A stretch of 18,515 bases of DNA from Candidatus Moanibacter sp. (GCA_965215885.1 CBDCEW010000035.1:1-18515); one strand, 5' to 3'; positions 8,345 to 17,585 are shown, numbered from the stretch's first letter. A program made the numbers and translations. The notes: a model not told the origin generated them from the letters alone.

Positions 8345-9262
8345 ATGAATCCCTCCCATTCCAGCAGTGCCACCCAACCGCCGCCTGACCAGGAACGGAT
8401 TAAGGAGATCTTTCCGGACCTGGAAATAACATCGCTTGAGAAAAATGAAGACGGAGTGACCAATGATCTGGTGGTGGTCAATTCTCAGTGGGTCTGCCGC
8501 TTTCCAAAAGAGAAGAAGTCGGCGTGGGAATCGTTTGAGAGAGAGCTGAAAGTGCTGAAGCTCGCGTCCGATCGGATGGATATCCCGGCGCCGAAGTTGG
8601 AGAAGAAGGGTGCTGACTATTTAGCCTATCGATATATCGACGGAGAACCTCTCCTTCAGCATAAATTGAAACGATATACGGAAGAGGAACAGGACTCAAT
8701 TGCCGAGCAGTTTGCGAATATACTGCGTCCGTTTCATCTGGCACCGGCGAGTGATCTCAGAAAATACGGAATTATTCAGTCGCCGAGATACCGCTCCCCC
8801 CAGCTTTGGAGGGAATTTTACGGACGGGTTGAAAAGCAGTTAATGCCCTACATGCGCCCGCATAACAGAAAGTGGGTGAGACAGCATTTTGCGCCTGTGC
8901 TCAAGAACCACCGTTGTATGCAGTACGAGCCGAGACTGATCAATGCGGACCTGGGACCCCAACACATACTTTCCGATCATGGGAAAATGGCTATCACAGG
9001 TTGGATTGACTTCGGAATGGCCGGAATCGGAGATCCCGCTATCGACTTCGCCGCTATCATCTACTACTACGGAGAATCCTTCCTGAAGCGCATGGCGAAA
9101 CATTACTCGGAGATTGAGGAGGCGGTGGACCGGGCGCGATTCTGGGCGGGCACGTTCGAGCTGGAATGGATATTGGGTTTTGTCAGGACGAAGAAGCTTC
9201 AGTATAGTCTCTTCCATTTCGGGTCGGCCAATGACGCAAAGCCGATTGGTTGCCCGTTATAA
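8345..9262 (+). CDS. APH/choline-kinase-fold phosphotransferase copy 2 (intact, 305 aa)
   Basis: VCRFPK, catalytic loop INADLGPQHIL, WIDFG, GDPAIDFA. Start set at ATG 8345 by alignment with copy 1; the extension to 8174 is repeat-derived. Confidence 0.9.
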   Translation: MNPSHSSSATQPPPDQERIKEIFPDLEITSLEKNEDGVTNDLVVVNSQWVCRFPKEKKSAWESFERELKVLKLASDRMDIPAPKLEKKGADYLAYRYIDGEPLLQHKLKRYTEEEQDSIAEQFANILRPFHLAPASDLRKYGIIQSPRYRSPQLWREFYGRVEKQLMPYMRPHNRKWVRQHFAPVLKNHRCMQYEPRLINADLGPQHILSDHGKMAITGWIDFGMAGIGDPAIDFAAIIYYYGESFLKRMAKHYSEIEEAVDRARFWAGTFELEWILGFVRTKKLQYSLFHFGSANDAKPIGCPL

Positions 9263-9291
9263 GTTATGGATGAGCAGCGGACGTTGAATTG

Positions 9292-9355
9292 ACCGCGGAT
9301 TACGGCTTTGTGGACAGCGGATGGGAAGGAAGAGATTGACCGTGCAATCCGCGGT
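9292..9355. terminator. Inverted repeat between convergent genes (possible bidirectional terminator or repeat element)
   Basis: ACCGCGGATT (9292-9301) / AATCCGCGGT (9346-9355), extended by ACGG/CCGT. The loop is long and the U-tract weak. Confidence 0.4.
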
Positions 9356-9405
9356 AAAACTCTTTCGATCTCTCTTCAAAGACCGCCTTAGGAAAAGCGG
9401 GCTCA

Positions 9406-11610
9406 TTATTTCGCATGCCAGATGCGGAGGAGGCGGCGCCAGATACGCTTTCCGTAAGTGGTCGGCTTACCTTTGATGGTGGCCTGCACGCGCATGCCTT
9501 CGCGTTCGATGTGAGTTGATTCCGGTAGATCGGATTCCGCGAGGAAGAGCGCGAAGGAAGGCTCCTGGGAAGAGCCGGGGGCGAATCTCTCGTTGGGCGC
9601 CGGCCCTCCGAATAAGGACAGCATACCCGGCAAGTATTCATCCATCGTCATCTTCTTCTGTGGAAGAACCGCAATCTCACTCTTGAAGGATTCTCCAGTG
9701 GCCTGCCAGCGACCCTTCACGGCGCTTCCGATTTCAACCAGTTGCGCCTGGTCTTCCGTAAGTGGGATTACAAGCTTGAATCGGCTCGTATTTCCGATGC
9801 GGAAGATTGTAGTGTGTTCGGGAATCGATACTCCAAGGAGGCGGTTGAGATCCGGCGTGAGAACCTGTCCCGAAATCGATGCTTTCAGTTGGAGCTTAGC
9901 CGCCCTTTGCAGGGCCTGTTCATGGGCCGCAAGAGCAGCCTCAAAAGCGGCGGCCGATTCGGGCGCGGTGGATCGCTCTTGCCAGGAATCGCTGCCTTCA
10001 CTGTTTATGAGCTTGAGTTTGGCCAACTCCATATTTGCTTCCGTGAATACCAGAGCCTCTTCCACTTCTGGATTCTTAAGGAGGGCGAGGAGTTGGCCCG
10101 GTTCTACTCGATCTCCGGTTTCCACGTAGATCTGTTCTACAGTACCGGGGACTTCTACACCGACTTGCTCGGCTTCGGCGGATAGGACGACGCCTTGCTG
10201 CTTGATTCTGAAATTGCTGGGCAGAATAGAAAGGAGAGCGAGGACGATGAAAAGGGCTGTCCCGATATTTCTCAATCGTCGCGAGGTAGAGGTGACCTTC
10301 ACTATGTGGGCTTTCGGTTTCATGGCATCCATGACAGCTTTCACAAAGGGAAAGAAAAGAAAAGTCATTTGGACGATGACGCCAAAAGTGTCACCGAAAG
10401 GCTTGAGACCGAAGGGCTCAAGAACACGCGTAAATATTTTGCCGATGGAGTATATGACAAAAAACATGTATATGTAGGCGGACACGGCATAGAGATAAAA
10501 GACTGTTCCGTGCCTGTCGTCCTCAATGGCCTGCTCCTGCGCTCGATTGCGAATGCCGAAGAAGAGCTCCTGTAACTTCAGCGAGCCAAAGGTGAAGGCT
10601 TTCGCGCGCAGGTTGGGGATTTCCAATAGATCGGATATTATGTAATACCCATCGAATCTCATGAGCGGATTGAGATTGAAAAAAATCGAATTTACACTGG
10701 CCACCACCATCGCGTTGAAAGCGATGTTTCGCGACAGCCCGTCGGGGAGATAAAGCCAGCACCAGGCGGCAATGGAGGCTAGGAGAAACTCTGTATATAG
10801 ACCTGCCAGGGTGGTGAATATCTTGTGTCTCTTATGGCGCATCATCCAGGCGTCGGATGCGTCGACGTAGCCGCAGGGGGTAAACATGATAAAGCAGAGG
10901 CCCATCTCGTGCACCTCTCCTCCAAAATGCCGGCAGGTCATGGCGTGCCCAAACTCGTGGAGCGTTTTAATAACCGCGATCGTGACCCAAAGGAGGAGCA
11001 GGTTCCTGGGAGAGAAGAACTCTATGGTATTTTCGCTAAAAGCCTCCCGGTTCAGAGAAAGCCAGAAGAGCGTAAGAAGGAAGAAGCCAACGGCCAGGAG
11101 AATACACCCTCGCGACCACAGAATTCGGAATGTCCGGGTCAATTTGCCGAGCCAGGGACTCGGATCGACCAGCGGTATTTTGAAGAATATGAAACTTGCG
11201 ATAAAATGGACCCATCTTTCGGCGAGGGGTTTCTTTTTCTTCCTCTCCTTCTGAGCGAAATCGACGAAGCGGCGGGCGTTGATGTTGAGGAGGCCTTTAT
11301 TTCCAATTTGCCGAATGAAATGATGGATCTCCTCCAGGGGTTGTTCGAGATGGGGAAATTGCCGATAGTAATCCTCTCCAATTCGCTTTAGAGTGCGTTT
11401 GCCGTTCAAGAGGGTGACCAGAAAGGCTTCTTCCGGCTTGATGCGAAAATAGGTGAGGGCGAGAGGATCTTTGATAACATAGTAATCCTCGTTGCGGAAC
11501 TGCTGGCGCTGCATAATGAGATCGGCGCGGAAAGCGGCCGGAACCGTTTCCTTGAGCTTTTTCTCCAATTCAGCTTCTGCCTCTGATTTGGAGATGATTT
11601 GGCCGGTCAT
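9406..11610 (-). CDS. Peptidase M50 (site-2 protease) fused to a HlyD/MFP-type periplasmic adaptor domain
   Basis: KTLHEFGHA (HExxH), AGLYTE, NLNPLMRFDGYY, multiple TM helices. C-terminal lipoyl half-motifs (PGTVEQIYVETGDRVEPGQLLALL; LKASISGQV) flank a helical hairpin. Start is ATG 11610 or GTG 11631. Confidence 0.92.
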   Translation of the reverse strand: MTGQIISKSEAEAELEKKLKETVPAAFRADLIMQRQQFRNEDYYVIKDPLALTYFRIKPEEAFLVTLLNGKRTLKRIGEDYYRQFPHLEQPLEEIHHFIRQIGNKGLLNINARRFVDFAQKERKKKKPLAERWVHFIASFIFFKIPLVDPSPWLGKLTRTFRILWSRGCILLAVGFFLLTLFWLSLNREAFSENTIEFFSPRNLLLLWVTIAVIKTLHEFGHAMTCRHFGGEVHEMGLCFIMFTPCGYVDASDAWMMRHKRHKIFTTLAGLYTEFLLASIAAWCWLYLPDGLSRNIAFNAMVVASVNSIFFNLNPLMRFDGYYIISDLLEIPNLRAKAFTFGSLKLQELFFGIRNRAQEQAIEDDRHGTVFYLYAVSAYIYMFFVIYSIGKIFTRVLEPFGLKPFGDTFGVIVQMTFLFFPFVKAVMDAMKPKAHIVKVTSTSRRLRNIGTALFIVLALLSILPSNFRIKQQGVVLSAEAEQVGVEVPGTVEQIYVETGDRVEPGQLLALLKNPEVEEALVFTEANMELAKLKLINSEGSDSWQERSTAPESAAAFEAALAAHEQALQRAAKLQLKASISGQVLTPDLNRLLGVSIPEHTTIFRIGNTSRFKLVIPLTEDQAQLVEIGSAVKGRWQATGESFKSEIAVLPQKKMTMDEYLPGMLSLFGGPAPNERFAPGSSQEPSFALFLAESDLPESTHIEREGMRVQATIKGKPTTYGKRIWRRLLRIWHAK

Positions 11611-11635
11611 TTGATCTGCCGTTTTTTGCACTGCG

Positions 11636-13150
11636 TCATTCTTCCACATTCTGAAAGGGATGGTCGACCTGAGGCCCCCCAATAAGATACTGTATCTGCG
11701 CCACGGAAACGTTGTTGTCAAAGATCGCTTCTTGAAGATTAATCTGCGAGCGGCGCAGGCCTAGTTCGGCGTTGAGAACGTCATCCACCTTGGCCTCTCC
11801 AATCTCGTACATCTTCTGTGCCTGTTCCACACTCCTCAAGCCATAGGAGACTGAACTCTCTTGCGCAGTTATGACGCTTTCGGATTGATCGAGCTGCGAG
11901 TAGAGTTCCAGGAGACGCGAGCTGATGTCGTACTCGAGCTTATCTGCGTCCATCTGCGATTTGCGCAACGCGGCCTGGTTGGCCTTTAGGCGTCCCAGGT
12001 TGGCGCCGGCGTCGAAGATATTCCAGGTCCCGGATATACCGACCATCCAGCCGTCGAGAGTAATATTCTGATTGAAATAAGAGGAGTTTACACGATAGTC
12101 GGCAAAACCCGAGATTTTGGGATGAAACTCGGAGACGGCGGCGCGCACGCCCGCTTCGGCGGCTTCGATTTGGACTCTTGCCGCGAGCAGATCGGAGCGA
12201 TTGTCCAGGGCCATCTCTCTGGCTTCTCGGAAAGGGACGATAAAGGTTTTGCGGACGATGCTTTCGCCGGTAGGAATACCGATATGTGCATCAATAATCT
12301 CAGGGAGGCTGAGGATCCTACGAAAATACTGTTCGCTGTTCGTAAGGTTACTCTGCGCCCGTGCGGAATCAGCTCGCGCGTTCATAAGTTCGGTTTGGAC
12401 GCGAAGTTTATCCAGTTCCGGAACCTCGCCGAGGTCGTATCTTCTTGAAGTTTGACCGAGGAGTTTCTCAAAAGTGTCGACGGTGTTCCCATAAACTTGC
12501 AGGATGTTCTTTCGATAAAGCAGGTTGTCGAAAGCCTGCTCGACCAATGCGGCAACCCGGTAGGCGGTGCCTTGTGCATCGTAGTAAAGTTTCTTCTTTA
12601 AGAGCCGCTGAACTTCGGTCTGGTTTCTGATGCTTCTTCCATCGTAGATGAGAAAGTTGATCTGCAGCATGAGACTGTAACTTTTATCGGCTATCGCTGT
12701 CTGTTCTGAGGGCACAAAAGGATCGGTCACAGGTGAACGGTCAAGGAGGGCTTTATCCCGCTGGCTCGCCGCGCCGGTAATTGCCAGTTTCGGATAAAGG
12801 CCGGCCCGCACTTGCATGTAGACGCCCTCTTGCCGGTCGAGCGCGTTGCGCGCCGCAAGAATCTCGGGGTTTTCATCCATCGCCCGGTTTAGAGCCTTTT
12901 CCAACGTCCAGACCGTATTCTCCAGTTCTTCACGATTCTCGAGGCGCGAAAGATAGGCGCTATCCGCGGTCCTCTTCTTGAATATATTCTTTAGAAACCG
13001 TGAAGGTTCCGCGGATTCCAAGTTTCCGGGTGTCGAGGTATCCTTGGCCGCCATCGCGCTGGATGCCGTAACCGTCAGAGCAAGTCCGGCAATCGTTCGC
13101 AGAAAGTAGCACTTCCAAAATCGATTTCCGGTTTCAGCACAATGGTTCAT
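11636..13150 (-). CDS. TolC-family outer membrane channel
   Basis: Signal peptide ending SSAMA. Two OEP repeats: TLEKALNRAMDENPEI...YPKL...YDLGEVPELD and EAREMALDNRSDL...FHPKI...WNIFDAG...YEIGEAKVDDVL. ATG 13150 preferred. Confidence 0.93.
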   Translation of the reverse strand: MNHCAETGNRFWKCYFLRTIAGLALTVTASSAMAAKDTSTPGNLESAEPSRFLKNIFKKRTADSAYLSRLENREELENTVWTLEKALNRAMDENPEILAARNALDRQEGVYMQVRAGLYPKLAITGAASQRDKALLDRSPVTDPFVPSEQTAIADKSYSLMLQINFLIYDGRSIRNQTEVQRLLKKKLYYDAQGTAYRVAALVEQAFDNLLYRKNILQVYGNTVDTFEKLLGQTSRRYDLGEVPELDKLRVQTELMNARADSARAQSNLTNSEQYFRRILSLPEIIDAHIGIPTGESIVRKTFIVPFREAREMALDNRSDLLAARVQIEAAEAGVRAAVSEFHPKISGFADYRVNSSYFNQNITLDGWMVGISGTWNIFDAGANLGRLKANQAALRKSQMDADKLEYDISSRLLELYSQLDQSESVITAQESSVSYGLRSVEQAQKMYEIGEAKVDDVLNAELGLRRSQINLQEAIFDNNVSVAQIQYLIGGPQVDHPFQNVEE

Positions 13151-13219
13151 AAGACCACGATTTGCATGGCGCAGCGCAGCCGCAACCAAGATAGATTTGG
13201 CGAGGGCAACAATCCCCGG

Positions 13220-13667
13220 TCCCGCTTAGCGGGATGCTGCGGTTGCTTAGGTTTCCAAATGAAGGACCCAGCCTTCTCCTTCCCTGATTCTCCGGGCTTG
13301 CCCCGGAGAGCCTCAGGTTTTTCTACTCGCATCGGGGTAGCCGAGAAACCTAACGATCCCCAGGGCAAGCCTGGGGGATTCTTTCGCATACCAGCATCAG
13401 TATGTTTATCCGGAATCCTCAATTTACCCCACTGCAAGCGTGGGGGATGCCCATCACCACACTTACGGCTAACGACTTTCCAAATTGGAGGTTCGATGTT
13501 GGTTGTTCTCCACATTGTCGACAAGGTTCGCGAGTGAGGTTCGCGACGAGGTTAACCAGGGAGGTAGGAGTTTCGTTCTTGATCCGATCAAGGGTGTGCT
13601 GCCATTCAGCTGTTTGGGAATCCAGTGGCGCAAACCTTGCCTGCCTCGTCCCGCTTGGCGGGAGGAG
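13220..13667. repeat. Intergenic cluster of REP/PATE-like hairpins and short direct repeats
   Basis: CTTGC/GCAAG-loop hairpins at 13289-13309, 13358-13376 and 13427-13445. TCCCGC-TTR-GCGGGA hairpins at 13220-13234 and 13649-13663. AGGTTCGCGA twice at 13524 and 13537. Confidence 0.75.
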
Positions 13668-13764
13668 CGGCGACGGGTCGCGAGCCTTGTCGATTGGTTG
13701 CCGCTGCAGTTCGCTCGGGCAATCCTCAATTTGATGAATCATTGTGGCCTTTAGGGCTCCATTC

Positions 13765-15186
13765 CTATTTCGAAACGGTAAGCAGGTACATATCCGTCTG
13801 CTTGTCGTCGGCCAAAACCGGTTTATAGACCGGCTCCTTACCAAGTTCCCGATAGATTTCCGGCAGGTTGTATTTCTTTAGTGCGAGGGCCTTGTTGGGC
13901 CCGGCCGTGCTCTCCAGGTTGTAGACCGCTTTTTTGCAGACGCGAAGCGCCTCCTCCGCCATTTTTTTTGCCAGAGGAGCATAGATACTGGAAAAATACC
14001 CCGTGGTGATCACCACGTCAAAGGATCCATCCTCGAACGGCAATGGCTCCCCGGCGTCGAAACTAACAGTGGTGACTCCCTTTTCATCCATCATCTCCCG
14101 GCCAAGTTCGATTTTCTCGCTGGATTTATCCGCACCGGTCCATTTCCAACCGGGTTGAAGTTTCTTTAGCAGGAGCAAATCCTTTCCCCACCCGCAGCCG
14201 AGAAGAAGCGCGGAATCGATCCCCTCGGTGTTTGCAATTTCGGAGGCAAAAAAGGTAACAAAATTGCTCGGCTCAGGCACCTTCCCCTCCCTGAAATGGC
14301 TTATTTCGCGTTCACCGGCAAGAATACCGATTTGATCATCGCGCAAATCGGGATAAGGTAAGAGAAGAGACTGGAAGAGCGAACCGTTGTATGCGATAGC
14401 GTGGAACTTCGTCTGTATTTGTTTTGGATCTGAATTGGGAAGACCGAATTCGAAAGCGACCACGCTGGCTCCCCAGAGAAAGGCGTCGGCAAGGTTGCCG
14501 ATTTTGAAATCGATGCCCTTAATTCTCCAGGTCGTCTCTTTTTGATCCTTCTGGTTGTTGCAATAGTTGTAGGCTTGTTCGTCGAGAAGTCCCCAGATCA
14601 AAAATACCGGGGATCCGATAAACTGCAGGAATCCTATCATGGTATTGTAGTCGAGACGGGGATTGAGCTTTATCGGGTGAACCAGCATTTCCGGAGATGT
14701 CTTAACCGGGGGGAGAGTGTTCTCCAGAAACCTTAACGCCATCGAATTTAGTGAGGACATCCAGCAACGCCCGTCATCTTTCAGGTGTTTAAGAATCTCC
14801 CTGAAAATCAGGACATCGCCGGCCCAAAACTCGTGGGTTTGATAAAACACCAGGGTATCGAATTTTCCGTATTTCTCGACCTGTTTCCCGTACCAGGCGA
14901 AATCCCAGGGGTCGGCAGTGAGGTCTGAAAAGTCGTCCAGGTAATGGTGCATGGCTGGCCGGGGCTCGACCAGAGATAACCTCAATCCGGAACCGATCCT
15001 TCCCTGCAATTCTCTGGCCATGCGCCCATCGCCGGCATTTACGATCGCGACATGGGTGGCTTCGTTATTTACGCTCTCGCAGATGCTTTGCTCAAGCGTG
15101 TTGAGAGAAGGGGAAGAATTCAGGCAGCGCATGTTAGAAAGATTGTTGAAACTGGCCCATAGTGAAGAGGGTGGCTCGCTTATCAA
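13765..15186 (-). CDS. Class I SAM-dependent methyltransferase, probably two tandem MTase-like domains
   Basis: C-terminal LLLGCGWGKDL, WTGADKS, PLPFEDGSFDVVIT. N-terminal degenerate IVNAGDGRMA...KFDTLVF...LKHLKDDGRC. Start uncertain (TTG 15186 or ATG 15132). Confidence 0.8.
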   Translation of the reverse strand: MISEPPSSLWASFNNLSNMRCLNSSPSLNTLEQSICESVNNEATHVAIVNAGDGRMARELQGRIGSGLRLSLVEPRPAMHHYLDDFSDLTADPWDFAWYGKQVEKYGKFDTLVFYQTHEFWAGDVLIFREILKHLKDDGRCWMSSLNSMALRFLENTLPPVKTSPEMLVHPIKLNPRLDYNTMIGFLQFIGSPVFLIWGLLDEQAYNYCNNQKDQKETTWRIKGIDFKIGNLADAFLWGASVVAFEFGLPNSDPKQIQTKFHAIAYNGSLFQSLLLPYPDLRDDQIGILAGEREISHFREGKVPEPSNFVTFFASEIANTEGIDSALLLGCGWGKDLLLLKKLQPGWKWTGADKSSEKIELGREMMDEKGVTTVSFDAGEPLPFEDGSFDVVITTGYFSSIYAPLAKKMAEEALRVCKKAVYNLESTAGPNKALALKKYNLPEIYRELGKEPVYKPVLADDKQTDMYLLTVSK

Positions 15187-15276
15187 TTGAAAAAAACGCT
15201 TTACTCGCGCGGCTACCCGGCTTACCTTTCCGTAAATTCTTCCGCATTCAAAAGAGCAAGATTACCTATTAGACGA

Positions 15277-15331
15277 TTGGTAATAATAACTGGTTACCAA
15301 GTTGACGAGTGGCCGGAGGAATCCGTAAAAG
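15277..15331. promoter_or_regulatory. Palindrome and possible promoter in the divergent intergenic region
   Basis: TTGGTAA-N10-TTACCAA (15277-15300) sits directly before TTGACG (15302-15307), an 18-nt spacer and TAAAAG (15326-15331). Confidence 0.3.
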
Positions 15332-15359
15332 GGCCACCTATAACCCTTTTTTCTAATCC

Positions 15360-17585
15360 ATGTCAAATACTTCCAATGTACATGCGCCGGATGTGCAGCG
15401 CTGTTCCAACGACATTTCCGCGCGGCTCGCGAAAGAGGCTAAGGATCCCCCTGACCTCGCAAAATATCTCCAGGTTCATGCCGAGTGCATCAATCAGGCT
15501 TTGAATCCTCGAGGATTTTCCTATGAGATGTTGAACGGGAGCAATTTCCAGCGAGTGGTGGGGAAGAATCTGGAGGATTTGAACTTCAGGGAATCGCCCC
15601 AACAGGAGGAGAGTTTCAGGAGATTGACCCGCAAAGTTGCGAACGAAAGAGCTCCAGCTTTGCTCAAGCCCTTTACCTTGCCCACCGGTGCTGAAGGGAT
15701 GCGAGGCCTCGAGGTTGAGGACGCACCGGCCGCCGAAGAGCTACCCTTCTTTAACAGGACGCCTTTTCAGCATATTTTCGTCCCCATTCCGCTTGAAAAT
15801 GATACCGCCGGAATTCTGCGTGCCTGGTTTGTCGATGGGGACGCCCAGGAGAGCCAGGCCCGTCTCACGATTCTTGAGGCCGCTTGCCGGGAGATTGAGC
15901 TCTATTTCAAAACGCGGCGCGTGGCCGATGTCACACAGGAACTGACGCGCCTCAATACCTACAAGCATCTATTGGAAGAATTGTCTGGCGATCTGGATCT
16001 TGAAACGGTTTCCTGGAATCTCGTAAACTATGCTCGGGAAGCGGTATCTTGCGACCGGGTCAGCATCTTCACGGTAAGAAAATACAACAGGGATCGTTGG
16101 AATCGAGAGACTTCCCTTGATGCCCTGGAGTATCACTTCGAGGCCTGTAGTGGGTTGAAAAAGCCGCACCCAAGGAGTGAGCAAGGCGAACTCCTGAAAG
16201 CGATGGCAAAGGAAATGGTTTTTTCTACTATTCCGAAAAAGGAAGAGGAATCGAAGGGTCTCGAATCGATCAGCGAGGCGCCTTCAGGCCCGGAGAGCGA
16301 AGAAGATGGGTCTTCGCGGAATGGGAAGCGGGCAATGAAAGAGGGAGATGCTGAGAAGGGGAAGGCGCCAGAGTCGGTAAAGAAGCCGGAAAAAGCACTC
16401 GTTCCGGCGCCGCGCTCGAAACCGCCCAAGATTCGCCTCGCTCTAGTGGAGCGCGACGCCTCAAAAGTGGAAACGCGGAGCGAAGCTATCAACGCCTATT
16501 TCGATCACATTCCGATGAATTGGGCCACCGTAGTTCCGCTCTTCGATTGGGATTACAGAGTGTGCGGCATGCTCCTCTTCGAAGGGCGCGAACAGTCCGA
16601 AGACATGCGGGCAGGGCTATTTCGCATGCGGGATCTGACGATTTCGGGCGGGCGCGCCTTAGGGACTGCTCTATATTGGCACCAGAGCAAATCTCTTCGT
16701 TCGGCAAGGGTCTGGAATGAAGTGAGAGGGAAACTCGCGGCTACGCCTAATCGTACTCTGTTCTGGAAAGTTGCGCTACCCATGATCCTGGCGATCGCAA
16801 TCCTCGTTTTTCCCTTACCCTACAAAATTGACGGAGAAGCCACCATTCTTCCACGGAATTTCAGATCCCTCCCCGCCCTCGTTTCTGCCCGCATGAATGA
16901 TGTGCGCGTTCGTGAAGGCGACACTATTAGGGAGGGGCAGGTGCTCGCTCGTTTGGATACGCGGGATATCGAGATTCAATTGCGCCAGGCGCGTCAGGAA
17001 TTTGAGCGGTATATGACTGAAGCGGATCGGGCTCAAAGCGTGGGGCGAGAGACTGAAATGCAAATTGCGCGCTTAAACGCCAGAAAGATTTCTGCGACGA
17101 TTGAGAGACTCTCCACCGATATCGAGAAGGCGACCATTCGAGCGCCCTTCGATGGGCTAGTAGTAGGTCCGCCCAACCTCTCCCAGGAGGTGGGAAAAGT
17201 GACAGGAGTTGGCGAGTCGATCATCGAAGTAGCACAGCCGGGAGATTGGGATGTAAAAGTGGAAGTGCGCGAGCAGGATTTGGTGTATCTTGAGAGTCGC
17301 TTTCGAGATATTGGGGAGTTATCGGCGGAATTAAAACTAACGGCGGATCCCACCCGCGACTACAATTTGCTAGTGAGCGATTCCTCTCAGTTTGCCTATG
17401 GTCTGGAAACGAGCAGCAGCGAGTATTCCTTCGCTCTAATCCTTCCCATGGAAATGGATGCAGAGAATACCGAGATCCTCAAAGTAGGATTTGCGGGGAA
17501 AGTGAAAATTGATGGGGGTATCAAACCGATCGGCTATATCCTCTTTCACGATTTTGTGAACTTTATCAAATTGCGGTGGTTTTAG
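15360..17585 (+). CDS. HlyD/MFP periplasmic adaptor with a long cytoplasmic N-terminus containing GAF-like segments
   Basis: GAF-like IFVPIPL..GILRAW and VSCDRVSIF...VVPLFD..CGMLLFE; one TM helix; MFP motifs VRVREGDTIREGQVLARLD and IRAPFDGLVV around a coiled coil. Confidence 0.85.
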   Translation: MSNTSNVHAPDVQRCSNDISARLAKEAKDPPDLAKYLQVHAECINQALNPRGFSYEMLNGSNFQRVVGKNLEDLNFRESPQQEESFRRLTRKVANERAPALLKPFTLPTGAEGMRGLEVEDAPAAEELPFFNRTPFQHIFVPIPLENDTAGILRAWFVDGDAQESQARLTILEAACREIELYFKTRRVADVTQELTRLNTYKHLLEELSGDLDLETVSWNLVNYAREAVSCDRVSIFTVRKYNRDRWNRETSLDALEYHFEACSGLKKPHPRSEQGELLKAMAKEMVFSTIPKKEEESKGLESISEAPSGPESEEDGSSRNGKRAMKEGDAEKGKAPESVKKPEKALVPAPRSKPPKIRLALVERDASKVETRSEAINAYFDHIPMNWATVVPLFDWDYRVCGMLLFEGREQSEDMRAGLFRMRDLTISGGRALGTALYWHQSKSLRSARVWNEVRGKLAATPNRTLFWKVALPMILAIAILVFPLPYKIDGEATILPRNFRSLPALVSARMNDVRVREGDTIREGQVLARLDTRDIEIQLRQARQEFERYMTEADRAQSVGRETEMQIARLNARKISATIERLSTDIEKATIRAPFDGLVVGPPNLSQEVGKVTGVGESIIEVAQPGDWDVKVEVREQDLVYLESRFRDIGELSAELKLTADPTRDYNLLVSDSSQFAYGLETSSSEYSFALILPMEMDAENTEILKVGFAGKVKIDGGIKPIGYILFHDFVNFIKLRWF

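Noticed and set aside
7797..8481. ORFs 7905-8348, 7797-8126, 7895-8197 and the 8174 extension of kinase 2
   Set aside because: They translate palindromic or repeat DNA and show no recognisable protein features.
4553..9262. Calling the kinases aminoglycoside-resistance genes
   Set aside because: Only the fold is supported. The family is functionally broad and the context is cell-surface biogenesis.
11607..11639. ATGA-coupled start of the M50 gene at the tolC stop
   Set aside because: That ATG is out of frame and closes after 10 codons; in-frame starts exist at 11631 and 11610.
13142..13844. Several overlapping 67-141 aa ORFs between tolC and the methyltransferase
   Set aside because: They are mutually overlapping, have no motifs, and coincide with hairpin repeats.
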